A DNA stretch of 64,000 nucleotides from Bacillus subtilis subsp. subtilis str. 168 (GTDB taxonomy: Bacteria > Bacillota > Bacilli > Bacillales > Bacillaceae): positions 1,364,001 to 1,428,000 of the forward strand of contig NC_000964.3 of the NCBI RefSeq assembly GCF_000009045.1, given 5' to 3'. The notes under the pieces were generated by a model that was given only the letters and a program-made list of their open reading frames with translations, was not told the DNA's origin and ran no database searches. The position numbers and the translations under genes are program-made. Below are positions 37,772 to 47,632 of the stretch, piece by piece. The first letter of the stretch is position 1, and each line of letters begins with the position of its first letter.

Positions 37772-39466
37772 ATGTTACGATTGATGAGACAACAAAAAAA
37801 AGAAACATATTATCTCTGGATCGCATTATTTCTTCTTTTATTGTATGTATCCCCGCTTTTTATTTTAAAGGAAGATGCCCATATCCGGGTCCACGATAAT
37901 TTAGATTCCAACATCGCTTGGTACAAGGTTCTGGCCGATAGCGGAGAAATCGTCGGCAAGGTTGACGCTGCCATTCCGCAAATCATTAACGGGCTGCCCC
38001 GGGATGCCTTTGGCACCGAGTGGAGCGGAATTGTTTGGCTCCATGCTTTCTTTTCTTCCATGACCGCCTATGCAATAAGCCAGACGGTTACAAGAGTTGT
38101 CGCTTTTTTTGGAATGTATGTGCTGCTGAAGAAACATATAATCCCGGAACCAAAAGCGGCTTTCATCCGAATTGGCGTATCGCTTGCATTTGCCTTAACA
38201 CCGTTCTGGCCTTCGGGAATGCTGAGTACGCTTGGGTACCCTTTGGCACTGTGGGCTTTTTTAAATATCCGAAAAGGGGATATCTCATGGAGAGAGTGGC
38301 TGACGCTGGGCTTGCTCCCTCTATACTCAAGCTTTGTTCTAGGCTTCTTCTTTTTCCTGGCAGGGATGGCGTGTTTTTGGCTGTATGATGCCATTACAAA
38401 AAGAAGATGGAATTTGATGTTCTTAGGCAGTATTGCATTTATGACGAGTATCTATCTTTTCGTTGAATATCGGCTTGTCTATTCGATGCTGTTTGAGCAC
38501 GCACCGATGCATCGTATCGAATTTATCTCATCTAGGCATGACGTTTGGCATTCTCTTCGACTATCCATAAAAAACTTTGTCTATGGCCATAATCATGTGA
38601 TGACCGTTCATACCGTTGTCATCCTTCCGATCCTGATGGTCGTATTTGCTGCTCTGCTGTTCAAACGAAATCGGACAAAGCCAGAAAATGTTTATCTGTT
38701 TTTATGTGTGCTTAATTACGGGTTGTCATTATGGTATGCGTTTTGGTTCAACAAAATTTGGGCTGTTCCAAAGCAGAAATTTGCTTTTTTAGCAGAATTT
38801 AATTTTGCCCGTTTTCATTTTCTTCGGCCGCTTGTTATATACGTGAGCTTTGCGCTTGCTTTATATCTCATTTGGCGGATGGGGAAAGGATGGAAATGGC
38901 TTGTGTACGCCGCAGTCGCTGCACAGCTGATGGTGTTGGCGCCTTTTAATGAAGAATATACGTATGGTGTTCATTACAACGCGCCGACATTCAGGGAGTT
39001 TTATGCATCAGAGCAATTCAAAGAGATTAAGGAATATATCGGACGTCCGCAAGATTCGTATAGGGTGGCGAGCATCGGACTGCATCCGTCTATCGCCCAA
39101 TATAACGGGTTTTATACGTTAGATACGTATAACAATCTGTATCCGCTCTCATATAAATATGAATTTAGAAAAATCATCGAAAAAGAGCTGGAAAAAAATT
39201 CTCGGCTGAAACAATACTTTGATGAATGGGGCAGCCGCTGCTACCTTTTTGTCGATGAACTCGGTAAACGATATGATTTCAAAAAGAACTCGAAGAAAAC
39301 GATCAACAACCTTCAATTAAATACAGATGTATTTAAAAAAATGGGTGGACGGTACATTTTTTCTTCAGTTCCGATCATGAATGCTGAACAAAACCATCTC
39401 GCGCTCGTAAAGACGTTTGACCATAAAGATTCCGCCTGGCGCATTTATTTATATGAAACAAGATAA
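37772..39466 (+). CDS. ykoS: Polytopic membrane protein, putative GT-C-type glycosyltransferase
   Basis: About 12 TM segments with an acidic HDNLDS loop after TM1 and a soluble C-terminal domain; directly upstream of a GtrB-like GT2. Confidence 0.8.
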   Translation: MLRLMRQQKKETYYLWIALFLLLLYVSPLFILKEDAHIRVHDNLDSNIAWYKVLADSGEIVGKVDAAIPQIINGLPRDAFGTEWSGIVWLHAFFSSMTAYAISQTVTRVVAFFGMYVLLKKHIIPEPKAAFIRIGVSLAFALTPFWPSGMLSTLGYPLALWAFLNIRKGDISWREWLTLGLLPLYSSFVLGFFFFLAGMACFWLYDAITKRRWNLMFLGSIAFMTSIYLFVEYRLVYSMLFEHAPMHRIEFISSRHDVWHSLRLSIKNFVYGHNHVMTVHTVVILPILMVVFAALLFKRNRTKPENVYLFLCVLNYGLSLWYAFWFNKIWAVPKQKFAFLAEFNFARFHFLRPLVIYVSFALALYLIWRMGKGWKWLVYAAVAAQLMVLAPFNEEYTYGVHYNAPTFREFYASEQFKEIKEYIGRPQDSYRVASIGLHPSIAQYNGFYTLDTYNNLYPLSYKYEFRKIIEKELEKNSRLKQYFDEWGSRCYLFVDELGKRYDFKKNSKKTINNLQLNTDVFKKMGGRYIFSSVPIMNAEQNHLALVKTFDHKDSAWRIYLYETR

Positions 39467-39478
39467 GGAGGATATCGA

Positions 39479-40492
39479 TTGAAACAGTCACAGCCAGTAT
39501 TAACCATCGTCGTCCCGTGTTTCAATGAAGAGGAAGTGTTTCAAGAAACAAGCCATCAGCTGACAGAGGTTGTAGATGATTTAATTGAAGAAAAATTAAT
39601 TGCTGAAGACAGTAAAATTCTGTTTGTCGATGATGGCAGCAAAGACCGCACTTGGGCTTTGATTGCTATGGAGAGCATAAGAAACAAGAAGGTTACCGGC
39701 TTAAAATTAGCCTGCAATGTCGGCCACCAAAAAGCGCTTTTAGCCGGATTGCATAAAGCGAAGAATAGGTCAGACTGCGTCATTTCGATCGATGCTGATC
39801 TTCAGGACGACATCTCTGTGATCCGGGATTTTATGCTGAAATATCATGAGGGCTGCGAGATCGTTTACGGTGTACGCCGGAGCAGAAAAACCGATACCTT
39901 TTTCAAGCGCACGACCGCGTTAGGGTTTTATCGTCTCATGAATAAACTTGGGATTAAATTAATTTATAATCATGCTGATTTTCGTTTAATGAATAAAAGG
40001 TCCCTTGAAGAGCTTGAGCGTTATCCGGAAGCGAATCTGTTTTTAAGAGGTATTGTCCCCATGATCGGCTTTAAATCGGCCGAAGTTTTGTATGACCGCA
40101 AGGAACGCTTTGCCGGCAAAACGAAATATCCGCTGAAAAAGATGCTATCCTTCGCTTTTAACGGGATTACTTCATTCAGTGTCGCACCAATTCGATTCTT
40201 TACGCTTTTAGGGTTTGTTTTGTTTTTCCTCAGCGCTGTGGCAGGGATTGGCGCGTTTATTCAAAAGCTGCTCGGCCATACGAATGCAGGCTGGGCGTCT
40301 CTTATCATATCCATTTGGTTTTTGGGCGGGCTGCAATTGATGGGAATTGGAATCATCGGAGAGTATATTGGAACGATTTTTTCTGAAGTGAAAAGACGGC
40401 CGAAATACGCGATTGATATTGATTTGTATAATGAACAGCTGAGCCCGCTTCAGCGCCAGGAAAAAGAGCGGTTAGAAAAAAAGTACAGTTAA
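39479..40492 (+). CDS. ykoT: GtrB/CsbB-like polyprenol-phosphate glycosyltransferase (GT2)
   Basis: VVPCFNEE, VDDGSKD, DADLQD and ADFRLM motifs with two C-terminal TM helices. Confidence 0.93.
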   Translation: MKQSQPVLTIVVPCFNEEEVFQETSHQLTEVVDDLIEEKLIAEDSKILFVDDGSKDRTWALIAMESIRNKKVTGLKLACNVGHQKALLAGLHKAKNRSDCVISIDADLQDDISVIRDFMLKYHEGCEIVYGVRRSRKTDTFFKRTTALGFYRLMNKLGIKLIYNHADFRLMNKRSLEELERYPEANLFLRGIVPMIGFKSAEVLYDRKERFAGKTKYPLKKMLSFAFNGITSFSVAPIRFFTLLGFVLFFLSAVAGIGAFIQKLLGHTNAGWASLIISIWFLGGLQLMGIGIIGEYIGTIFSEVKRRPKYAIDIDLYNEQLSPLQRQEKERLEKKYS

Positions 40493-40499
40493 ACACGGA

Positions 40500-40530
40500 A
40501 AGAGCTGACTTCATTAGTCAGCTCTTTTTC
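40500..40530. terminator. Bidirectional terminator between ykoT and ligD
   Basis: aagagctgact-tcatt-agtcagctctt. Confidence 0.88.
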
Positions 40531-42353
40531 TTCAACTGATGCAATATAGCGCTAAGCGGTTCGTCTTGCGGGTTGCGGTAAAAATCAAAAAATGGGCAGC
40601 CCTGCTTCTTAATTCGATCGATGACCGTATCAATTGTAAACAGAGCGGGTGTTAAAGATGATTGCACCTCATGCCAGTAGAGCGGGGCTGCAACAGTCCC
40701 AAGCTCATTTCCTCTCGTTGAATAGGGACAGATAATCGTTTTTCCTTCTGCATGCTGCAAATAATCAAGATACAATTTGCAGTGTCTGTTTTTAATCAAG
40801 CGTTCAGTGGTAAAGAGCTCGGGAAATGCATTGGTGCAGTACTCTGCGATCAGCTGCGTAAATTGGCGTGTTTCTTCATACGTAAATGCCTCGGGAGACA
40901 AGGGAATATAAAGCTGGATGCCTTTGTTGCCGGACAGCTTCGGGTACGATGTGATGCCAAAGGAATCCAACAGCCGCTTCAGTTCATTTGCGGCCTGCAC
41001 GGCCATAAGAAAGTCATCTCGCGAAGGCGGGTCTAAATCAATGACAATCTCAGCCGGACGCCTGCTTTTAATGGTTTGAAAAGGAACGTGAAACTCCAAA
41101 GCAAGCTGGTTGCAAAGCCATAGCAATGTAGACATATCCTCACAGACAATATGTTCATGGCTTCCATCATAGAAAGACTGAACAAAATCCGGCGCATAGT
41201 CCGGCTTGTTTTTTTGGAAAAATGATTCGCTCCTAGATCCATGCGGATAGCGGATGACGGTGACAGCCCGGTTTTTCAGAAATGGGAGCAGGTAGTCACT
41301 GACTTCAATCATATACTGAATAAAATCTTCTTTTGTTTTTTTATTCTTTTCAAATATGATTTTATCCAGGCTTGTGAACTGGAGCTTTGGGTGAACCGGT
41401 TTGGAGTGTCGTATGACTTGCGCATACGTGCATTCGGTCCAGTCCATTTGGAATTCGAAACCGATAAACGATACCTCTCTTAATGTGCCTTGGAGAATTG
41501 TTAAGTATTGAACAGCTGCACAAATCGAAGGTTCAAGCGTAAATTCGCCTGAGGGTGTTTGATGTCCGTGCTGTTCCATAATCTCGCGTATAGCGCTTTT
41601 TTCCTCATCACGCATTCCGTGCGAGACAGAGGCAATCGGTGTCATTATTCCGTTTTTTAACACCGATACCGTCAGAAACCCGTTGTTAGGGTTGAACCCT
41701 GTTATGCAAACATAAGCTTGTTTAAAGTTTTTATATTTGAGCCAATCGGACGACCGCTTCTTTTCAAGCCATTTGCTGTTTGTTTTCTTCGCTACAATTC
41801 CTTCTCCGTCATATTTTATTACCATCTCCCAGAGTTGATCAAAATGATCATAACAGGGAATGGATTGAATGGTTTCTTTTGCGTAAGGATCTGGAGATGC
41901 AGGAAGCTTTGCTGCGGATATGAGTTCACGCAGCGATTTTTTGCGGTCCAAATACGAAAGAAGCGTTACATCTTCTCCGCTTCGCTCTAACAAATCAAAG
42001 GCGAGAAAGCAGCACGGCCGCGCGTTTGCCGATTCCTGAATCTTGTCTGGCCTTTTCAAACGCCCCCGCACTTGAAGGTGTTCAAAATCTGCACGACAGG
42101 GATTCACCAAACATACGATTTCACCGTCAAGTGTCAGCGGAAGCTCTTTTTCTAGGTGCTGAAAGGCAGTTTTGGCGAATTGTGTGATTTCAGGGAAGGT
42201 GCTGCTGAGCTCCACACCATTTCTGCTGGTTAAGGTCACACCTGAAGAATGGATGCGGAGAATACAGCGGTACCCATCATATTTTACTTCGTAACGCCAT
42301 TCTGCTCCGATTGGCGGTGACGAAGTTAAGACCGGCTGCATGGTAAACGCCAT
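40518..42353 (-). CDS. ligD: NHEJ DNA ligase D (ligase plus primase-polymerase domains)
   Basis: Ligase motif EVKYDGYR and EGIVAKK; POL motifs IDLDP, SGNKG and YLDYLQ. No phosphoesterase domain. Confidence 0.96.
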   Translation of the reverse strand: MAFTMQPVLTSSPPIGAEWRYEVKYDGYRCILRIHSSGVTLTSRNGVELSSTFPEITQFAKTAFQHLEKELPLTLDGEIVCLVNPCRADFEHLQVRGRLKRPDKIQESANARPCCFLAFDLLERSGEDVTLLSYLDRKKSLRELISAAKLPASPDPYAKETIQSIPCYDHFDQLWEMVIKYDGEGIVAKKTNSKWLEKKRSSDWLKYKNFKQAYVCITGFNPNNGFLTVSVLKNGIMTPIASVSHGMRDEEKSAIREIMEQHGHQTPSGEFTLEPSICAAVQYLTILQGTLREVSFIGFEFQMDWTECTYAQVIRHSKPVHPKLQFTSLDKIIFEKNKKTKEDFIQYMIEVSDYLLPFLKNRAVTVIRYPHGSRSESFFQKNKPDYAPDFVQSFYDGSHEHIVCEDMSTLLWLCNQLALEFHVPFQTIKSRRPAEIVIDLDPPSRDDFLMAVQAANELKRLLDSFGITSYPKLSGNKGIQLYIPLSPEAFTYEETRQFTQLIAEYCTNAFPELFTTERLIKNRHCKLYLDYLQHAEGKTIICPYSTRGNELGTVAAPLYWHEVQSSLTPALFTIDTVIDRIKKQGCPFFDFYRNPQDEPLSAILHQLKKKS

Positions 42354-42356
42354 GCG

Positions 42357-43241
42357 CTATGATGTGCCGGAGGCTTTTTTTCTAGTTGTTTTTTGTTTTT
42401 TATCTCCGGCTCCTTTCGGTTCAGCGGCTTGTGCAGGTGCGGCAGCCGGTGTCTCCCGGTTCGGCCTTCTGGTTCTGTCGATGCTGGCTTGCAGAGCGCT
42501 TACCAGGTCAATGACATCTTCACGAGGTGGCGCTTTATCAGGAGTGACAGCCGTTTCTTTATTTTCTAGCTTGTCGTTGACTCTTTGCAGCAGCGCCTGT
42601 CGGTACGTGTCTTCATATTTCTCAGGCTCAAACTTAGCAGTCAGTTCATCTATTAATGTGATAGCAGTTTGCAGTTCCTTATCGTTTACATTCGATTGAT
42701 CAGGTACACCTGGGACTTGAGCGGCGCTTCTGACCTCATCGGGATAATGGATAGACTCCATGACGATACAATTTTCATAAACGCGGAGAATCGCCAGCTG
42801 CTGCTTTGACCTGATTGTCATATTGGCGATACCGATCTTTCCGGTTGAGCGCAGCGCCTCACGCAGCAGGGTATAGGCCTTCGTCCCATTATCCCCGGGG
42901 CCGACAAAGTAGGAGCGGTTAAAATAAATCGGATCAATTTCCTGAAGCTGAACAAAGTCAACAATCTCAACTGCTTTCTCCTCATGCTCCTGTTTTAAGC
43001 TTTTTAAATCTTCGTCTGTCAGCACTACATATTTTCCTTTTACATATTCATATCCCTTCACAATTTCATCAGGACTAAGAGTTTTTTCGCAATTTGTGCA
43101 AACTTTCTCGTATTTGATTGGTGCGTGATCCTCTTTATGGAGGCTGCGCAGTTTAATATCTTTATCTTCTGTGGCCGCATATAGCTTGATGGGGATGTTT
43201 ACTAATCCGAAGCTGATCGATCCCTTCCACATTGTATGCAT
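42357..43241 (-). CDS. ku: NHEJ Ku protein (ykoV)
   Basis: MWKGSISFGLVNIP...; P/A/K-rich C-terminal tail. ATG 43241 has SD aaagggg; the frame stays open upstream to 43292. Confidence 0.96.
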   Translation of the reverse strand: MHTMWKGSISFGLVNIPIKLYAATEDKDIKLRSLHKEDHAPIKYEKVCTNCEKTLSPDEIVKGYEYVKGKYVVLTDEDLKSLKQEHEEKAVEIVDFVQLQEIDPIYFNRSYFVGPGDNGTKAYTLLREALRSTGKIGIANMTIRSKQQLAILRVYENCIVMESIHYPDEVRSAAQVPGVPDQSNVNDKELQTAITLIDELTAKFEPEKYEDTYRQALLQRVNDKLENKETAVTPDKAPPREDVIDLVSALQASIDRTRRPNRETPAAAPAQAAEPKGAGDKKQKTTRKKASGTS

Positions 43242-43328
43242 ATCGATAAACCCCTTTTTTTCTTTAGTGTGAAGAGAAGGAGTACGATTCATGTGTAGTA
43301 ACTTATGGGTGAAAAAAAGCCGGCGCTG

Positions 43329-45731
43329 TTATTGCGACGGCTGTTCAATAATGAATTGTTCGAATTGTTCCGGAGGTATTGGCCTGCTGAAAAAGAAGCC
43401 CTGCAAATGGTCGCAGCCTTTTTCAAAAAGAAGCTGCTTTTGAGCTGCATTTTCCACACCTTCGGCAATCACCTGCAAAGACAGCTGATGCCCCATGGCA
43501 ATAATAGCTCCGGTAATTTGCTCTGATTTAGGATGGGTCTGAATATCGTCAATAAATGATTTGTCAATCTTCAGCCTGTGAATCGGGAAGTCCTTCAAAT
43601 AGCTAAGAGAGCTGTGACCAGTACCGAAATCGTCAATACTGATTCTGATTCCTAATTCTGTTAGGGATGACAAAACCTTTTTGGAGTGATTGAGATTGTC
43701 CATTGTCATGCTTTCCGTCACCTCCACTTCAAGAAGCTGCGGAGGAAGCTGGTACTTATTAAGCGTATCCTTGATGAGGGGAATCAGATCTTTAGATTGA
43801 AACTGTCTGGCGGAAATATTAATGGCGACAGAAAGATCATAGCCTTTGTCATGCCAAATCCTTGCCTGCTTGCATGCTTCATCTATAATCCACTTTCCGA
43901 TATCAATAATAAGTCCCGTTTCTTCTGCAACACCGATGAATTCTCCGGGCGGACGCAGTTGCCCGTCTGGTGTCACAAGGCGTATCAGTGCTTCTGCTCC
44001 TGTCATTTTTTGTTTTTTCACACTGAATTGCGGCTGATAATGCAAGACAAATCTATCGTTTTCGATTGCTTCTCTGAGTACCATCTCTTGGTTAAGCTTA
44101 ACGGTTTCTTTGTTGCCGATTGAAAAAGAATAGTATCTGTATTTGCTTTTGTTTCGTTCTTTAGCCGCATACATCGCCATATCAGCCTTTTTCATCAATT
44201 CAAGGCCATCCGTCCCGTCTTTTGGAGATATCGCAATCCCGATACTGACAGATGTGACAAGGGTGTGATCTTGAATTTTGAAAGGTTTTTTGAATTTTTG
44301 GATAATTTTTCTTGCTAAAACATCTGCTTCGCCTGTTCCTGTATTGGCGTCTGTTAATATAATAATAAATTCATCACCGCCAAGACGGGCGATAAATCCG
44401 TTATCAGGGACTACAGATGACAGGCGTTTAGCTGCAAACTGAAGCAATTGATCACCGACATTATGCCCTAATGCATCGTTAATCACTTTAAACCGGTTTA
44501 AGTCAAGAAAGAATACAACAGTGTTATAATGCAAGGAATGCTCGCGATTCAGCACCTTTGTTAGATGAGAGATGGCATGCCTTCTGTTAGGTAAGTCTGT
44601 AAGCGAATCATAATGAGCCATTCTATGGATTTCTTTTTCTGCTTTGTACTGCTTCGTCATGTCTTTACAAATGACATAAATGCTGTCTAGTTCCTGATTG
44701 ACCTCAACAGGTATAAGCGTAATATTTAAGTGAAACTGGCCTTTTTCAGTGATAAGATCGCTATCGCTGTTCATCGCTTGTTTATCTTTTTTAACTTGCT
44801 CAAAAAGGCGCTTAACCTTCAGTGATGTGTAATTCCTCCAGTCATGCATGCTGAAGCCAAATTTGCTGATCATTTCCTCACCAGCGTGATTGGAAGATAT
44901 TATGTCTCCTTCTAATGATAAAATAAAAATTGCATCAATATTGTGGACGATTAAAGACTGAAATCGCTGTTCGTTATCCTTTATGCGTTCGCTCTGTTTA
45001 ATAAACTTTCGATCTGCATGGGAACTGAATAACAATAACGTTTGGATACAAAAAATAATTAAAGTAACAAAAATTGACCAATGAAACGTTTGCACCTCCA
45101 TATGGCTTCCGGGCGGAGCCATGTCCTTATGGAAAGTTGCCGCAAGCATCCCTGTGTAGTGCATGCCCGAAATCCCAATGCCCATTACAATTGAACTGAC
45201 GCCTTTATAGAATATAAGATGCTCAGAATGTTTTTTTACGGCCAAGTCAAAGAATATTTTTAACGAGACGAAAGAGGCTGCAATCGCAATGATAATTGAA
45301 ACTGTAAATAAAATAGGTTCGTAAATAATCATTACCCGGGAAATGGCAGACATTCCGATATAGTGCATAGAAGCAATAGATGCGCCAAGCACAACTGATC
45401 CGGTAAGCAGTCTGTAATATGTAAGAATGTGCCGGCTGACAAAATATAATGACACAAATGATCCCGAAACAGATGCGCCAATGGCTGCCATTAAAGGCAT
45501 GAATTCATATTCCATCGGCATTTCCATATGGACGGCCATCATCCCTACAAAATGCATTGACCAAATACCGAATCCCATAATAAGTGAGCCGCCGATCAGC
45601 CAAATTTTACTTTTTAAGCCTGTATTGATGGTGACTTTCCTTGAAAGTTCAAGGGAAATATACGAGGCGGTACAGGCAATTAGAATAGATAAACATATGA
45701 GAGTCGTATTATATGTAACGTGTATTTCCAA
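43329..45731 (-). CDS. dgcW: MHYT-PAS-GGDEF-EAL c-di-GMP enzyme (ykoW)
   Basis: MHFVGM/MHYIGM/MHYTGM repeats, a PAS domain, intact GGDEF, EAL and DDFGTG. Confidence 0.96.
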   Translation of the reverse strand: MEIHVTYNTTLICLSILIACTASYISLELSRKVTINTGLKSKIWLIGGSLIMGFGIWSMHFVGMMAVHMEMPMEYEFMPLMAAIGASVSGSFVSLYFVSRHILTYYRLLTGSVVLGASIASMHYIGMSAISRVMIIYEPILFTVSIIIAIAASFVSLKIFFDLAVKKHSEHLIFYKGVSSIVMGIGISGMHYTGMLAATFHKDMAPPGSHMEVQTFHWSIFVTLIIFCIQTLLLFSSHADRKFIKQSERIKDNEQRFQSLIVHNIDAIFILSLEGDIISSNHAGEEMISKFGFSMHDWRNYTSLKVKRLFEQVKKDKQAMNSDSDLITEKGQFHLNITLIPVEVNQELDSIYVICKDMTKQYKAEKEIHRMAHYDSLTDLPNRRHAISHLTKVLNREHSLHYNTVVFFLDLNRFKVINDALGHNVGDQLLQFAAKRLSSVVPDNGFIARLGGDEFIIILTDANTGTGEADVLARKIIQKFKKPFKIQDHTLVTSVSIGIAISPKDGTDGLELMKKADMAMYAAKERNKSKYRYYSFSIGNKETVKLNQEMVLREAIENDRFVLHYQPQFSVKKQKMTGAEALIRLVTPDGQLRPPGEFIGVAEETGLIIDIGKWIIDEACKQARIWHDKGYDLSVAINISARQFQSKDLIPLIKDTLNKYQLPPQLLEVEVTESMTMDNLNHSKKVLSSLTELGIRISIDDFGTGHSSLSYLKDFPIHRLKIDKSFIDDIQTHPKSEQITGAIIAMGHQLSLQVIAEGVENAAQKQLLFEKGCDHLQGFFFSRPIPPEQFEQFIIEQPSQ

Positions 45732-45780
45732 ATGGAGATTCCCCCCGTATCGTGTGTTCCAGTCTTGTTGACTCTCTTTA

Positions 45781-45807
45781 TTATCGGCTGCTTAACCGCA
45801 GAGTTTC
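45781..45807 (-). promoter_or_regulatory. Putative sigma-D promoter of dgcW
   Basis: GAAA-N15-GCCGATAA versus the consensus TAAA-N15-GCCGATAT. Confidence 0.7.
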
Positions 45808-45911
45808 AGCCTTCAAAACGATAGAAATACGAGGGAGATCTATTTTTAGTTCAACTGACCGTGAAAAATGTGTTAAAATCATCTTGATGTTTTCCGAAAA
45901 GAGAAAAATGT

Positions 45912-46577
45912 ATGATACATAAACATGAAACAAGGGAGTTGGTGGCTATCGAAGAGCTGGTTATGTCATGGATTGAAGCATTTAAAAGCTTATCTTATTT
46001 TGGAATATTTCTAGCGCTCAGCATTGAGTTTATTCCGGCCGAAGTCGTCTTGCCGCTTGCGGGCTATTGGGTATCTAAAGGCGATATGACACTTGCTGGC
46101 GTTGTTTTGGCAGGATCGCTTGGAGGAGTGGCCGGTCCGCTTACGCTGTATTGGATAGGCCGGTACGGAGGAAGGCCGTTTCTTGAACGTTTTGGGAAGT
46201 ATCTCTTTATTAAACCTGAAGCGCTTGATAAGTCAGATAATTTTTTCAAAAAACATGGGGGCTTTGTCGCCTTCAGCGGCCGTTTCTTGCCTGGTATCAG
46301 GACATTGATTTCCATACCGTGCGGAATTGCAAAAATGAATGTTTGGGTGTTTTCGCTTTATACATTCATTGCTATGCTTCCGATTACATTTGTATATGTT
46401 TATCTCGGTGTGAAGCTCGGTGAAAATTGGAAGGCAGTCGGCTCTATTCTTGATCAATATATGCTTCCGATCGGGATAGCGATTTTGGCGCTGTTCCTGC
46501 TCTACTTACTGATGAAAAAGAGGAAGAAACGCACGCACTCCGAACAATTATCTGTATTTTTGAAAAATAAACGTTGA
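45912..46577 (+). CDS. ykoX: DedA-family membrane protein
   Basis: IEFIPAEVVLPLAG, YWIGRYGG and GRFLPGIRTLISIPCG (F.P..R motif). Confidence 0.93.
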   Translation: MIHKHETRELVAIEELVMSWIEAFKSLSYFGIFLALSIEFIPAEVVLPLAGYWVSKGDMTLAGVVLAGSLGGVAGPLTLYWIGRYGGRPFLERFGKYLFIKPEALDKSDNFFKKHGGFVAFSGRFLPGIRTLISIPCGIAKMNVWVFSLYTFIAMLPITFVYVYLGVKLGENWKAVGSILDQYMLPIGIAILALFLLYLLMKKRKKRTHSEQLSVFLKNKR

Positions 46578-46602
46578 CAAATCACTGCGCTGCGCATATT
46601 AT
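46574..46602 (+). promoter_or_regulatory. Sigma-A promoter of the ykoY leader
   Basis: TTGACA-N17-TATTAT; the -35 contains the ykoX stop codon. Confidence 0.7.
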
Positions 46603-46633
46603 TGACGTATAAAATCATATTTCTTGAAATCCC

Positions 46634-46766
46634 AAAGGGGAGTAGCGTCCGGAATGTATTCCGGAAACAAAGTCGTCATTTCATGGATTGTATCCATCGG
46701 CTTTGTTGGCATGCCTGAATTCATGTCTAGCAAGACCTTTGCCTTATGTCGGCAAAGGTCTTTTTT
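46634..46766 (+). ncRNA. yybP-ykoY Mn2+ riboswitch with terminator
   Basis: AAAGGGGAGUAGC...GUCGUCAU...GGCUUUGUUGGCAUGCC...AGCAAGACCUUU. Terminator agacctttgcc/ggcaaaggtct plus T run. Confidence 0.95.
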
Positions 46767-46833
46767 GCATGGTCCGGCCGGCATAAGATCGGATGAAGAG
46801 AAAGAAAACAACTTTTTTGGGAGGGTATCATTT

Positions 46834-47628
46834 ATGGATGCAGCATTATTATTAGAGTATGGTTGGGTTCTTCTCGTCTTGATCGGGCTGGAAGGGATTT
46901 TAGCCGCCGATAACGCGCTGGTTATGGCGGTAATGGTAAAACATTTGCCGGAGGAAAAAAGAAAAAAAGCGTTATTTTATGGATTGGCAGGGGCTTTTGT
47001 TCTGCGATTTGGCTCTTTATTTGCAATTTCTTTCTTGGTCAACGTATGGCAGGTTCAAGCGATTGGCGCGATCTATTTGCTGTATATCTCAGCAAGCCAC
47101 TTATTGAAAAGATATGTATTTAAGAAAGAAGACACACATAAAGAGACGAAGCAAAGCGGTTTTTGGCCGACTGTTTTAAAAGTTGAACTGGCAGATATCG
47201 CGTTTGCTGTTGATTCCATCTTAGCAGCAGTAGCGCTGGCGGTTACACTTCCTGGGACATCACTCCCGAAGATCGGCGGACTTGACGGAGGACAATTTCT
47301 CGTCATTTTGGCCGGCGGTATCATCGGACTGGTGATCATGCGGTTTGCGGCTTCCATGTTTGTGAAGTTATTAAAGGAACGTCCAAGCCTAGAAACAGCA
47401 GCCTTTGTGATTGTCGGCTGGGTCGGAGTGAAGCTTGCTTTATATACGCTTGCCCATCGCGACATAGCGGTTGTTTCTGAGCACTTTATCCATTCTGGAA
47501 CATGGAAGCTGATATTCTGGGGTGTCTTAGCAGCAATCGCGGTTTGCGGCTGGTTTATGTCAGGTGGGAAAAAACAGCCGGAGGGTGCACAAAACGAACA
47601 AAAAAACAGCACCCGTGAACGGGCGTAA
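46834..47628 (+). CDS. ykoY: TerC-family Mn-related membrane protein (MeeY)
   Basis: LEGILAADNALV and ELADIAFAVDSILAAVA TerC motifs. RBS gggagg precedes ATG 46834. Confidence 0.93.
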   Translation: MDAALLLEYGWVLLVLIGLEGILAADNALVMAVMVKHLPEEKRKKALFYGLAGAFVLRFGSLFAISFLVNVWQVQAIGAIYLLYISASHLLKRYVFKKEDTHKETKQSGFWPTVLKVELADIAFAVDSILAAVALAVTLPGTSLPKIGGLDGGQFLVILAGGIIGLVIMRFAASMFVKLLKERPSLETAAFVIVGWVGVKLALYTLAHRDIAVVSEHFIHSGTWKLIFWGVLAAIAVCGWFMSGGKKQPEGAQNEQKNSTRERA

Positions 47629-47632
47629 TCTG

